Origin: Stegostoma tigrinum
Lineage: Eukaryota
Length of the DNA: 64,000 nucleotides
Assembly: GCF_030684315.1 (NCBI RefSeq)
Contig: NC_081365.1
Span: 34,251,394-34,315,393 of the forward strand
Direction of reading: 5' to 3'
Shown here: piece after piece, positions 1 through 12,287 of the stretch
How the letters are laid out: the number at the start of each line of letters is the position of its first letter
How positions within the stretch are numbered: position 1 is the first letter of the stretch
Notes under the pieces: model-generated
Seen by the model: only the letters and a program-made list of their open reading frames with translations
What the model was told of the DNA's origin: nothing
The model's database searches: none
Position numbers and translations under genes: made by a program

Positions 1-260
1 TCGGCCCAACAAGTCCACACTGCCCCTTGAAGCATCCCACCCAGACCTATTCCCCTATAATCCACACACCCCTGAACACTGTGGGCAATTTAGCATGGCC
101 GATCCACCTAGCCTACACATCTTTGGACTGTGGGAGGAAACCCACGCCGACATGGGGAGAATGTGTAAACTCCACACAGACAGTTGCCCAAGGCTGGAAT
201 AGAACCCGGGTCTCTGGTGCTGTGAGGCTGCAGTGCTAACCACTGAGCCACCGCGCCGCC
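1..260 (-). mobile_element. HE1-like tRNA-derived V-SINE (cut by window edge)
   Basis: Reverse complement starts GGCGGCGCGGTGGCTCAGTGGTTAGCACTGC (A box), then GGTTCTATTCC (B box) and the V-domain TGTGTGGAGTTT..CATTCTCCCC; same family as 43492 and 45136. Confidence 0.9.
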
Positions 261-1404
261 TTCTCGATGCTTTTGGAGAGGTTTACATTTCCAGATGGCT
301 TTGACAGTTCCAAGGAGTTTATGCATTTTTTACATACAATTTCTCCATGGAACAATCCCAAAGAATACTTACTGTTGCTCTTTCTGCTCAAAAGGATACC
401 TGTCCCTAACCCTAAAGTATTCTTGAACTTCATCCCAAGGTCTCCGGGAGCCATAACCACATCATTATTTCAGCTCTTCAAAGAGATATCCACACCATGC
501 AAAGAAAAAGAAATGCACTGAGAATTGATTTTACTTGTTCCAGACAGCAGGGACCCCACAATCTGATTAGAGTAGATGCAGTTGATTATTTAAATAGCTA
601 GCTGCCTCTCTGAGTCTCACATGCATACGTACCATGCTACCCTGTCTCTACCCGCTCCAAAAATAGGAAGCACCAGTTATGGGGGCTCGATGTAAGATTT
701 CAGATGATTCCGCCATGGTGAAAATCTGGGCCCCAGCCTCAAAGCAGAGTACTTGTTGATAGAACAGATGTTATGAGTTCTTCACTGTTTCTTGACTGGA
801 CATTCTGATGGCTCTCTTGACAAGTGAGCTACAAGAATAACAAACCACCTCAGAATGTGAAGTGCACTAGCTGTTAGACATTTTCTGGGGCACAAGAAGA
901 AATTAAGTAGAATGCTAACAGTGACACCCAAAGTAGCTTAATGTAAAATAACAATCTTTTGATGGTTAGAACAAAACATGGAATTTTTTTAGATTTCTAA
1001 GCTTTTAATTATCCTTTAGATCAACAGTCTATTAAAAATTTCAGATTTACAGCATTTCTTAAAATAAATATTGAGAATTTCATTTTGTTTTATTGCTACA
1101 AATTCAACTACCTCTGCACTTTCAGTTATTCTTCCAATTTGGTAATGCCTCTATTTTCATCACTCCTACCTGATAATTGTTGTCTTCTTTCATTGACAGT
1201 GATGTCATGTTTTGTTTACATTTGCAAACTTAAAATAAATTTCCACAGGGCTTCTTTTCTTAAAATTCATTTTGGTTCATCATTTCTGTTCTTGTAGAAT
1301 GCTATACTTAAAAAAGAAGAGGTTTCGACTGTTGATTTCAAGATGAGACTCCTAAGCATAATTCTGACTTTTTCCTCAGTGAAGATAGTGGTATCAATTG
1401 GCAA

Positions 1405-2900
1405 TTAAAACAGAGAACGTTGGAAACACTCCGCAGGTCATGCAGCAGTTACGTCAAGAGAAACATTTCACGTTTCAAGTCTGTGACCTTTCATCAGAAC
1501 TGAGAAAAGTTAGAAGTGCTGAACAAACAAAAGAGGGAGGGATGGGCTGAAGGATAAAAAAACTGGAAAGTGAGGACTTGACAACTCCAATTATGTTTTT
1601 CAGAGGGCATATGAGAGCATGATATAGAACATACACGGTTCAGGGCCCTAACAGTGATGATGGAGGATGTGGTGCCATCTACTTTCAGAAGACCAAAAGC
1701 AGACTGGGCAATTATACAACACTTGCCTTCAGTATGCATGCATGACCCCAAGCTTCCTGTTGCCTGTCATTCGTACGTTGACCTTTTCCACTCTTAGCTT
1801 ACTGCAGTGTTCGAATGAACCTCAATGCAAACTTGAGGAACCGTAACTCATCTTTCAACTGTGTGTTTTATAGTCAGATCATAACCTCTGTCCCCATTTA
1901 GTTTTGTGTATATTTTTGCTTTTTACTTGTCTCATTGCCAGTTCCTTTGATTTTCTACTGTGAAATACCTTTAATTTTTCCTTCTACCCAATCACAGACC
2001 TCCTAGTTTGTTATTCTTCCAAACTATTCTGCTTTCTAAAATGCTGTTGTGTTCTAACTTTACTCAGTTCTGATGAAAGCCAACAGACCTGAAATGTTGG
2101 GCAGAATTTTACAAACACAGTGCGTGGACCACTTGGCTCATGAAGGAAAGTTAGCTGGAAGGCAACATGCTCCTTTAAAACCCACCCTGTAGCCATGATC
2201 CACTGCAGGTGGACTAAATTAACAGATAGTGTGACTTCTCCACTTGGGATTAAGATCTGCTGTCACTAATCTGATTGCCCAACCGTTCTACCACTCCCTG
2301 TAGTACTAGAACTCAACAGTGGGAACAGCGATAAGAAGCCTACAGAAGATTGGAAAAGTAGTTGCTGGGGCTTTAGGGCAAACAAGGGATCCCAGAGCCA
2401 GGGAGGCAGAAGAGGGCAAATTCTATCAGCTGAGAGTGTGGAAGGAACGGTTGGAGGGCAACCTAGAGGAGTGCCTTTGTTGCACATAGTGCATTCCCTG
2501 AATAAGGTGCCATTCCCCTTCCTTCCTGACTTAATTCATGGAGGTCATTGAAAATGATCTGGTCAGTCCTACCCGAATGCCTGGGCCATTCATCCTGTAG
2601 CTTCAGCAGTGTATAATTCATGTCAAATAGGCTTGTTAACAAGGCTACTTGACCTTTAATCGCTCAGTTAAATATGGCAGATATGTAGCTGATTTCAGTG
2701 CCTGCTTAGCATATTATCAGAATGAAGTCAGAGGTGAGTGAGCTAGCCGCCCAGACTATTTTATATGCCTTCCTCTGCAGAAAATAGACCTGATAAAGAA
2801 ATGTAAAATCCACCTCATTAACTCCACAGATACAGTCAATTTGGCTGTATGTTTCCAGCATTCCAGATCTTCAGCATCCTCAGTATTTTGCTTTTGCATT
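1405..2900 (+). mobile_element. Penelope-like element remnant (GIY-YIG C-terminus plus inverted and direct pLTR), split by a MITE
   Basis: ~1755-1870 reads PVACH..LLQCSNEPQCKLEEP*LIFQL, like the PLE endonuclease end. Inverted pLTR at ~1405-1520; direct pLTR at ~2030-2098 resumes at 2817. Confidence 0.7.
2099..2816. mobile_element. Putative MITE (PIF/Harbinger-like ends)
   Basis: Imperfect TIRs GGGCAGAATTTTAC / GTAAAATCCACCTC; 3-bp flanks GTT/ATT; cleanly interrupts a pLTR. Confidence 0.5.
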
Positions 2901-3364
2901 TATTTGGGCCTATTCAGTCAAGTTATGCAATGTTGACATGAGAGCAAACTATTTCTTCATCTTGTATAGTTGGTATTTTAGAGAATGTGGGCAACATTGA
3001 GGCGATTCATCAAAGGTGAAAGTTCATATTCTTGAAGTGAACTGAATGCCATCAACTTCCAGCAGTCAAGTTTCTAAATATATCTGGGACAGGGCCATAG
3101 TGTTTGTTTTATGTCTGATTTCTGTAGCTTTTCAGTTGTTGTTACATGCGTAGTTGGGTTAATTCAGTGGCATGGTTGGACGTGCCCTCTAGCTTCTAGC
3201 GTGAAGCCAAGATAATTGGTCAAGAGCTGGGAAATCGCGTGTAAAGTATTGGAATGATGCTGACATGAATTTTCTCATATTAATCTGTGCTGTGAAAACT
3301 AAGGGAATAACTCTTTTTACTTTTAAAACATAAAAAATGTTACCACCATTATAAGGTTATGGCA

Positions 3365-4030
3365 GCAGGGTAACCTTGTTATGGGATGGATGATCCAAAT
3401 GTCTTAATTAATGATTCAGAGGCAGAGTTCAAATCCCACTATGGAAGCTGAGGAATTCAAGTTCAGTTAATTAATTAATCATGGATGACAAAACTAATGT
3501 GATTCATGTTGTTCTTGATTATACAAGATAATAAAACCTAAGTGAAGAGAAATCAGAGTTAATGTTTTGGGTCCAATGATCCTTCCTCAGAATTTATTTC
3601 TCCTCACAGATTCTACCACTCCTGCTGAGCTTTTCCAGCAACTTCTGTTTTTGTTTCTAATTTACAGCATCGGTTTTTATTATAAAACCACCTCTGGTTC
3701 ACTGATGTCCTTTAAGAGGACATCCTCACCCAGTTTAACAACTCTGGATTCCAGGTCCTTAGCAATGCAGTTAATGTTTAACTGGCCTCTAAAATTCAGG
3801 CCACTCAGTTTCAAACTACTTGACGTATCATAACTACTGCAAAACCTGTGAGAAGAATACGATCAACAGAGGCATGCAACAATGATCTAGGAACTGGGTT
3901 TGGACATGAGAATGGCACATGACTGAAGTAATTCAAGAGGTGGCTCACCACCACTTACTTGAGGACATTTTGGGATATGCAATAATTTCTGAGTTGCCAG
4001 TGACGATTCACATCCATTGAATGAATAAAG
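3365..4030 (+). mobile_element. Degenerate tRNA-headed SINE/LINE deletion derivative
   Basis: B-box-like GAGTTCAAATCCC; body homologous to 53240 and 61480; 3' tail homologous to 62285-62385. Confidence 0.65.
3539..3681. mobile_element. Penelope pLTR palindrome fragment nested in SINE
   Basis: Minus strand reads TTCTGAGGAAGGATCATTGGACCCAAAACATTAACTCTG (decayed hammerhead core); flanked by ATAAAACC at 3531 and 3682. Confidence 0.6.
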
Positions 4031-4283
4031 AACATCAATGGTTTGAGAGTGCCAGAGAAAGTCATGACAGTTGTGGAAATTGTAAGTGGTTACTAGATTA
4101 GTTATCCAAAACTATTAAAATATTCAATGGACCTCCTTGTTGCTGCCTGTAATAATAAGTTCATAATTTTTATTGTATTCTACTATATGTTCTACTGTTA
4201 TGCAGTGCAAGGAGTATAAGTATTTTCCAGAAAAATGATTTTAGTTAATAAACCTAAAATCAAGTTGTTTTTAATTTTTGCAG

Positions 4284-4372
4284 AGGTGCCTTACTAAGTC
4301 TGAATCCAGGGAGTCTTGGTGGTGCTCTTGGCCCAGCATTAATGAGTAATAGCACATTGGCAACCATTCAAG
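4284..4372 (+). CDS. POU2F1: POU2F1/Oct-1 penultimate coding exon (89 nt)
   Basis: ttttgcag|A GGT GCC...CAA G|gtcagt; encodes [29 protein letters not shown], near-identical to the Oct-1 C-terminal region; phase matches the 11989 exon. Confidence 0.96.
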
Positions 4373-5544
4373 GTCAGTAACTAGTAAACTTCATGTCGCC
4401 TGAATTCTATCAAACTAGAAGAGCTTCATATAAAATGTGCCATAACCTGTGCTTTTCAAGTTGATGAAAGACTGATGCATCCAATGTTTTACTGCTTCAA
4501 AATGCTTAATATTTTTAATGAATATGACTTTAAAAGTCAAATAAACACCTGATTTGCTTCATTGTTGGAAAAAATTGCTTTCGGTATTGATGTTCATGTT
4601 GTATAACATTTATGAAGTTAGAAAGGGACAAAATTCTTTGCCACTTAAGAAAATAGTTCTACTTTTTATAATACGTCATATAAGACTGTTTCTTCCTTTC
4701 ATTGCATGATGAAACTTTACAATAGGATTTGCTGGAAACATTGGGTTAATCTGATGTGGTCCAAAACTGGTATAAAATGACAAAGTCTGTGCTTTGGGGG
4801 TACTGTAAAAAGAGAGCCAAATAGTCTAACCTTCATGGAAGACTGATCCAAATAGATATTCTGAACAGTTCAAGTTCATCCTTTGTTAGAATTCATGATC
4901 AGATATTGTTTTCCAGTACTTTAAGTAGTCATAAACTGAATGTGTTATCAACAATGTAAAAGTTCAAAAATTGGTGAGATGGGAATTTGGTGTAGAGTGG
5001 GACAAAGATGATGCTTTTTTCTTCCAATACTTGTCACGCTTCATGTTGCAGATAATATTGGATCTGCTCTACCTATAACTTCAGTTATATCAGTAAATGG
5101 TTTGAAAGCTGAGTTGAAATATGTCTATTTGCATAAATAAAAATTGAAATGTTTGTGATATGCCGGATGGGCGGCACCTGGTGGTTTTTAGAGAACACTG
5201 TTTGGGAAAACATCTGTTTGGAATTGCTAGGTTGGAATTCAAGGTGCAGACATTACAGGATATCCTGGAGAGGTAGAGTTGTGCGGTCATTTTCACATAG
5301 GATACAATCCCACACACCCCTTACATTAAGAAGTAGCACAAACCTGCTTATTGGTCATGTACAGAAAGGCGTGACTGCAAGGCAAGAATGCATCAAAGGC
5401 AATGCCAGAGGAGCCTTTGTCTTTGCCATTATTTATCAGGTGCAATCTTCTTGCTGCCAACGTGGATGAGGGCATATTGGGTATTGGATGAGTTAAACAA
5501 CTATGTCACTGATAGAAGACCTTTTAATTGAGGGAAATGGAAAA

Positions 5545-5760
5545 TAATGTGATAATGGTAGGAGGTACTATAGTTAGAAGTAATTACTATACCTTGGCAG
5601 TTCCAAAGTTGTTGTTGCCTGCCTGATGCTAGGGCAAATCTTTTTGCAGCTAGAGAAGCATTTGGAGTGGGAGGGGGAGGACCCAATTATCATGGACCAT
5701 TTCGGAACCAACAACATAAGTAGAACAAGGAATCAGGTTCTGCTGAGGGAATTTGAGGAG
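5545..5760 (+). mobile_element. CR1 ORF1 esterase remnant
   Basis: VIMVGGTIVRS..CCLPDAR..LEWEGEDPIIMDHFGTNNI parallels the intact ORF1 at 57442-58059. Confidence 0.7.
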
Positions 5761-6377
5761 GTAATTTTTGTTTATTTCTTTGAGAGACTTAGGCATACTG
5801 TCAAAGAAGTATTTATTGCTCATCCCAAATTCCCTTGAGAAGTTACCTTATTCCACTGCAGATTTTGTGTTATATGCTCAGCGTTAGTCATGAAGTGAAG
5901 TCAAACGTCAACCAGGATCTTACTGAATGTTGGTTTGCAGACCCACATGTCCACTCTTGATATTGTTTGTTACATTCTTACTCTAAAGCTAAATGTTTAT
6001 TTGCTCCAGTCACTTTAATCCCTGTGAATTACAATTTAACGCAAGAGATGAGATTAAAAAGTGTGAAAAATGGAAGTAGCAATCTTAATTTGAAACCTGT
6101 CACCTCTTGCGCTCCACGTAGGATGCTAGTTAGCTCCTGTGTGGTGGTCTTCCTGGTAACAAAACTGACACTGTGAGTAAAAACATGAAAAGAGAGGGAA
6201 ATTATCCTCTTCGTCTACAAAGGTGCTTAATAGTGTTTGAAATAATGTGTAAAATTATGTGTTGTTCATTTATTTAGACTCTACATGCAAAGCCACTTAG
6301 TTTATCTTGCCAGTTTGAGCACTGCGTGAGGTGTTTCCCTTAAAAGCAAATCCAATATCTTAATCATGTACGAAGCT

Positions 6378-6759
6378 GTTGAGGTTGGTTGCCTCGTCAA
6401 GTTGGTTTGTTGTTTTGCAGGTGTTTCATTACCGTGCTGGGTAACATCCTCAGTGCAGCCTCTGATGAAGCATCGGTGTGTTTTCCTGCCTGTTTTTAAA
6501 CTCTGGGATCCATTGAGCTGGATTACCTCACTTCCAGTTTTCCTTCATAGTGGAGTGTCTATGGGGTCGAGTTCTATGTGTTTATTCAATGTATCCCAGA
6601 GTTTAAAAACCAGGTGAGAAAACACACCGATATTTCATCGGAGGATGCGCTGAGGTTGTTACCGAGCACGGTAATGAAACGCCTGCAAACCAGCTCAGCA
6701 AGCCAATCAACCTCAACACCCACAACCCGAGCTACAGATCTACTCCAAAACCTTAGAGA
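6378..6759. mobile_element. Penelope-derived inverted-pLTR element with hammerhead-like cores
   Basis: Inverted arms ~6378-6510 / ~6594-6717; spacer on - reads NKHIELDPI (Penelope ORF end); TSD CATGTAC(G/A)AAGCT at 6365-6377 and 6760-6772. Confidence 0.85.
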
Positions 6760-7249
6760 CATGTACAAAGCTCTTCCAGAAAAAGACTTTTTTTGCTCCT
6801 TTATGTAAAGACTTAAACAATTTCTGGATTTCAGTTCCCCTAAGCCCCCATCGAAACACTTATTCTGCTTTTATTTCCCCTCGCACTTTTTCCAGTCTTA
6901 CCCCCCATGGTGTTTTGTCTACCTCCTCTTACTGTGAATGATAAAGTCTCAGCTTCACCCCTTTCAGTCCCATCATAATGAATTTGGCCGGAAGCTAAGC
7001 CTTCTTTGGTGGCCTTCGTCTCCATATTCACTTCTCTAGTCAAGAATTGCCTTCTCCCCCAAGATATTTGAATAGAGAGCTGTTCCATTGCATCAGACAT
7101 CTCAATTTCTCTGCTCCCACACTTCCTCGAGCCAATCTCCTTTGAATGTAGGGCATCCCGTTCACTCAGGTTTAAACCTAGCATTGCCATGAAGCCAGCC
7201 GATAAGGGTGGTGCTTTACTTTGGCAAAATGACTTCTATATAAGTCTGT

Positions 7250-7560
7250 ACGAATTAGAAACAGGAGTATACCTACTTGGCACCTTTGGCCTGCTCTGCC
7301 ATTCACTAGAATCATGGCTGATCTGATATTCCTCATAAAAACCTTTTCCAGCCACTTTGTTTTTGTCCCTGATATTCCTAATGTCCACTTTCTCGCCGTT
7401 TTCCTAAAACCCTTGGTTCCACTACAGATCACGAATCTATCTATCTCAATTTTAAATATACACAAGGATTCTCTCCCGGCAGCTCTCTGTGATGAGGAAT
7501 TCCAAAGATATCTGGCAGAGATTGAACACCCGACACTCTTAGGCATGTCACTGCTTCTGA
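7250..7560 (-). mobile_element. Old CR1 3' end
   Basis: LWNS..IFKIEIDRF RT C-terminal remnant plus CR1-type 3' UTR. Confidence 0.65.
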
Positions 7561-7634
7561 ACACAAGCCATCATTTCAAAGACTGCCCATCATCTACTTT
7601 CCCTTGCAGTCACTTATACTGCATCTAGGACTCA

Positions 7635-9490
7635 AAGAGCAAAGAAGAACAAAAGAAAATTACAGTACAGGAACAGGCCCTTCGGCCCTCCAAGCCTGCA
7701 CTGACACAACTAGCACCCCCCCCCCAACCCTTCCAGTGACTGTACCCCTCTATTCCCATCCTATTCATGTATTTGACAAGACGCTCTTTAAAGTCACTAT
7801 CATATCAGCTTTCACTACCTCCCCCGGCAGCAAGTTCCAGGCACCCACCAACCTCTGTGTAAAAACAACTTACCTCGTACATCACCTTTAAACCTAGCCC
7901 CTCGCACCTTAAACCCCTGGCCCCTAGTAACTGATTCTTCCACCCTGGGAAAAAGCTTCTGACTGTTCAGCCTGTCCCTGCTCTTTCATAATCTTTAGAC
8001 CTCTATCAGGTCACCCCTCAACCTCCGTCGTTCCAGTGAGAATAACCCAGGTTTCTCCAACCTCTCCTCATAGCTAATGCCATGCAACATCCTTGTAAAT
8101 CTTTTCTGTACCCTCTCCAAAGCCACCACGTCCTTCTGGAAGTGTGGCAACTAGAATTGAATGCAATATTCCAAATGCGGCCTAACTGAGGTTCTGTAAA
8201 GCTGCAACATTACCTGCCAATGTTTAAACTCAATGGCCCAGCTAATGAAGGTAAGCATGCCATATGCCTTGTTGACTACCTGCGTTGCCACGTTTAGTGA
8301 CCTGTGTACCTGTACACCCAGATCTCTCTGCCTATCAGTACTCTTAAGAGCTCTGCCATTTACGGTATATTTTCCATCTGAATTAGACCTTCCAAAATGC
8401 ATTACCTCACATGTTCCCGGATTAAACTGGAATTCCTGGCCATCCCTCTGCCCAAGCCACCAACCAATCTATACCAGCTATATCCTTTGACGGTCCTCAT
8501 TGCTATCTGCAATTCCACCAACCTTTGTGTCACCGCAAACTTACTAATCAGACCAGTTACATTCTCCTCCAATTCATTTATACATATTACAAACAGCAAA
8601 GGTCCCAACACTGATCCCTGAGGAACACAAGTCATAGCCCTCCATTCAGAAACGCACCCTACCACTGCTACCGTCTGTCTTCTATGACCAAGCCAGTTTT
8701 TTTTTTAATCCATCCTGCAAACTCACCTCTGACTCCATGCGACTTTACCTTCTGTATTAGCCTGCCATGAAGGATCTTGTCAAAGGCCTTACTGAAGTCC
8801 ATGTAGAGAACATCCACTGCCCTACCCTCATTGATCATGTTCGTCACTTCCTCAAAAAACTCAACCAAGTTAGTGAGACACAACCTCCTCTTCACAAAAC
8901 CTTGTTGCCTCTCGCTAATATGCCCACTAATTTCCAGGTGGGAGTAAATCCTGTCACGAAGAATCGTTTCCAATAATTTCCCTACCACTGATGTAAGACT
9001 CACCAGCCTGTAATTAGCTGGATTATACTTGCCACCCTTCCTTCTTAAACAAAGGAACAACATTGGCTGTTCTTCAGTCCTCAAGGACCTGCCCTGTAGC
9101 CGGTGAGGAAACAAAGATTTCCCTTAAGGCCCCAGCAATTTCCTCCCTTGCCCCTCTCAGTATTCTGGGGTATATCCCATCAGGCCCTGGGGATTTGTCT
9201 ACCTTAATGTTTTTCAAGACCCCCAATACTTCCTCCCTTTTGATCTCAACATGACCCAAAGTATCTACTCACTCTTCCCCAGACTCATCATCCACCAAGT
9301 CCTTCTCTGTGGTGAACACTGACGCAAAGTACTCATTTAATATCTCACCCATTTCCTGTGGCTTCACATATAAATTCCCTTCCCTCTCCTTGAGTGGGCA
9401 ATCCCTCTGCCTGGCTACCCTCTTGTTCTTAATATAAGTATAAAAAGCCTTGGGATATTCCTTAACCCTGTTGGCCAATGACTCATCTAA
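7635..9490 (-). mobile_element. CR1/HER1-like LINE, 5'-truncated and frameshifted
   Basis: ORF fragments KSPGPDGIYPR, YMDFSKAFDK, VPQGSVLGP, RPHLEYCIQF; tail GAAGGGCCTGTTCCTGTACTGTAATTTTC. Confidence 0.95.
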
Positions 9491-9754
9491 TGCCTTCCAC
9501 CAATGTAAAATCCCTAGCCCTAGCAATTACCTTGTCACCACGGATGCCAGTTATCTCCAAGCCTTCAATCCTCACCAGGACAACTTGAGGGATTTCCTTC
9601 CTTGAATTGAAGTTTTGCCAGTTCACATCAACTGCCAGCTTCTTCCACCTGTCAGTGCCTGTGAACGCATTGTGGTTTTCCTTTTACTTACTTAGCAATA
9701 CCTTCCATTTAGAAAAATCCATGGATTCTAGCTACATCTGCCTATTTATGTGAT

Positions 9755-10480
9755 ATTGCACAGCACAGAAGCAGGCTAGTTTATCCAACCAGGCCACACC
9801 GGCATTCCTTCCTTCACCCACCTAATTCTAGTATTTTCCATTGCCTTGTGTTATCCTGTCTCCCTTAATGCATTAATAGAATTCATTTCAATTCTCCATG
9901 GTAGTGGGTTCAATATTCTCACAATCTCTGAATAAACAGTTTTATTCTGATTCTCATATTTGATTTTCTTTTTGGGTGGTTGTAATATTGATGGTCTTTG
10001 GCCCTGATCTTCTCAAATGGAAACTTTGTACTCTCTAAAGTAACTGTTAAAACCATCAATGATTTTTGCTGATTTCTATTAGGTCACCCTTCACCCTTTT
10101 AAAATAAAAAAGACAATCTATCTTATCCTGATAGACGTTAGCCAACATTTCTGTTGTAATTTCCTATTTTTTTCCCCACCTGACCTCTATCTCTATATCC
10201 TTTTTATGGTAGAGAGACTAGAATTATACTCCAGGTATGGTCTAACCAAAGCTCAAAATATTTTAATGTATCAACTCAATTTTGTCTGTCTAAAATGAAG
10301 CCCTCAGGCCCTTGATTTGTGTGATTATCATTTGTAATTTGTGCGGTGGCACTTCTAGATCACTACATTCCTCTACCCTATTTTGATTCTTCCTTCTAAA
10401 TAGTTTGCAACTTCCTTATTTTTCATGCCAAAATGTAATATCTTACACTTAAGTTATGTTGAAATTGTTTTCCTATTATG
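9755..10480 (-). mobile_element. Highly decayed CR1 3' half
   Basis: Recognisable antisense RT C-terminal motifs (aggtcaccct, ccaggtatggtctaacc, gccaaaatgtaatatcttacactt). Confidence 0.6.
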
Positions 10481-10699
10481 TTCCCATTCTGCAAATTTTT
10501 ATGTGGAACCCTTTTTGTTCTAGTTCTTCTTGAGTTCATTTCTTATCATTGTTTTTCTAATATGTTGATGACTTTTGTGGATTCATTTCCTGCTCTTGCC
10601 CTGAACTGGGAGATTTCATTAAATCTTGGACAAAATTTAATGAGGAATGTGGACACTGCTGCTACCTGCATATATTCCACACGTGTGATTCCAACTTTC

Positions 10700-11140
10700 T
10701 GGTCACCTGCAGTTTTAATTCTTGAGAAACAGCTCTACAATTTCCAGTTAAAAATTTTGTATCTTTCTGGACTCAACATGGAATTGAACAATTTCCTGCA
10801 CTGTGCTTGTTTCGAAAGCAGTTGTTCATTCTGCCTGTGTTAGTTATGATTTTGTTTGATTCATCCTTTTTACCTTTCTTGTCCCCTCACCATCCTTTTT
10901 ACCTTGTTTCTTTATCTCTTCCACCCTCTCTCAGACCTTTTGATTTTCTTCCATACCTCCTATATTCCCAACTCTGTAATTGCTTAAACATGTTTTTTAT
11001 TCTTTTTCTCAGCTCTGATGTAAGATCATTCATTGACTGGAAACATTATCTTTATTTTTCTGTCAAGAAATAGTGCCTGACCCATTGAGCACTTATTGGA
11101 CTTGCTGGTCTTTTCTGAAACTAAAACTGTTTCTGCAGCT
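10700..11140 (+). mobile_element. Penelope-like 3' end remnant
   Basis: LEKQ..FQLKILYLSGLNMELNNF (GIY-YIG end), pyrimidine tract, decayed core CAGCTCTGATGT...GAAACATT at ~11009-11048. Confidence 0.6.
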
Positions 11141-11988
11141 CCCATGTAGAAAAATTGGTTAAATACATAACATCTGTTTTAAAGAGGCACAGACTACTAC
11201 AATGTTGTGGTAACGTGTATTAATTTGGAAAATTAAGTCAAATGAGGCACATCAGGCAGTAAATGATAACAGCTCACAGAAGTTAAATATGCTCATATAA
11301 AATTCCTTTGGCTACGCTTTTAAACTGGATTAAACCACAGTTGTCAAGAGAAATTAATAAAAAGGCAAAGCATGTTAGTATGTATCATTTGTTCAAAGTC
11401 ATTGCTTTTAAGTGATTTCTTTTTGTAAACTGAAGTTTGCAATATTTGTTTATACAAATGTATTTTTAAGAACCTGTATTACCTTCATTAGAGTACATGT
11501 AGCTAATCTGGTAATGAATTGATTGGAGCTTAAATTTAAAAGTAGTAATCTGAAATTAAACAATCAAACAAACAACATTGACTTCAAGCATATTTTAACT
11601 TAATGTCTCCCTGACTGATTATTTCCTTTAAGAAGACTTTATTCACCTATACAAACTACGATGCAAAATGATTGTATACCAGAATTTTATGATTCTGGAA
11701 TTTGCTCATTGATTGTTTGAAATGAAATAGGTTAGAATTGGATTATTGTGTTATTTGGATAGAGCCTACAACTTGTAAACTTTTTCTACATTTGTGCTGT
11801 CATATGCATAGAGCAATCTGAAAATGCATTTTATGTCCCTTTGGCATTGTTATCAACAATTTTAATATATTTGATTATTCAAACTAAGCCATTTTTCTAT
11901 TCTGTTTCCCTTTTCAATGTACAGGTGGTGCAAAGCGCTCTGAGAAAACATTTATTCTAACCAGGAATCTCTTCTCTTTTCTTCTCAG

Positions 11989-12287
11989 CGCTTGCGTCTA
12001 GTGGAACACTTCCTATAACCTCCCTTGATGCCAGTGGAAATCTGTTGTTTGCCAATGCAGCAAACCCAGGGGGTACTCCAAACATCGTGACAGGCCCTCT
12101 CTTTTTGAACCCACAAAACCTCTCCTTACTCACCAGCAACCCAGCCGTAAGCCTGATATCTGCTGCCGGGACGACTGGACATGCAGCGAGTCTCCAGATG
12201 GCCTCTATGTCAACTGATTCCAGCCAGAACTCTTCATTCACTGTGACCTCAGCAGGTGGGGCCACCAACACCACCAAGGCCCAATAA
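11989..12287 (+). CDS. POU2F1: POU2F1/Oct-1 terminal coding exon
   Basis: Branch-like TTCTAAC (~11955), polypyrimidine tract, cag|; encodes (A)[22 protein letters not shown]...[15 protein letters not shown]...TTKAQ*. The KAQ ending is Oct-1 rather than Oct-2. Confidence 0.97.

Noticed and set aside
11957-12277. 106-aa antisense ORF over the POU2F1 last exon (rodent CD3 zeta-locus splice variants run antisense into Oct-1)
   Set aside because: Non-ATG start; the nearest - strand acceptor (~12298) is in another frame that stops quickly; best explained as a shadow of the coding exon.
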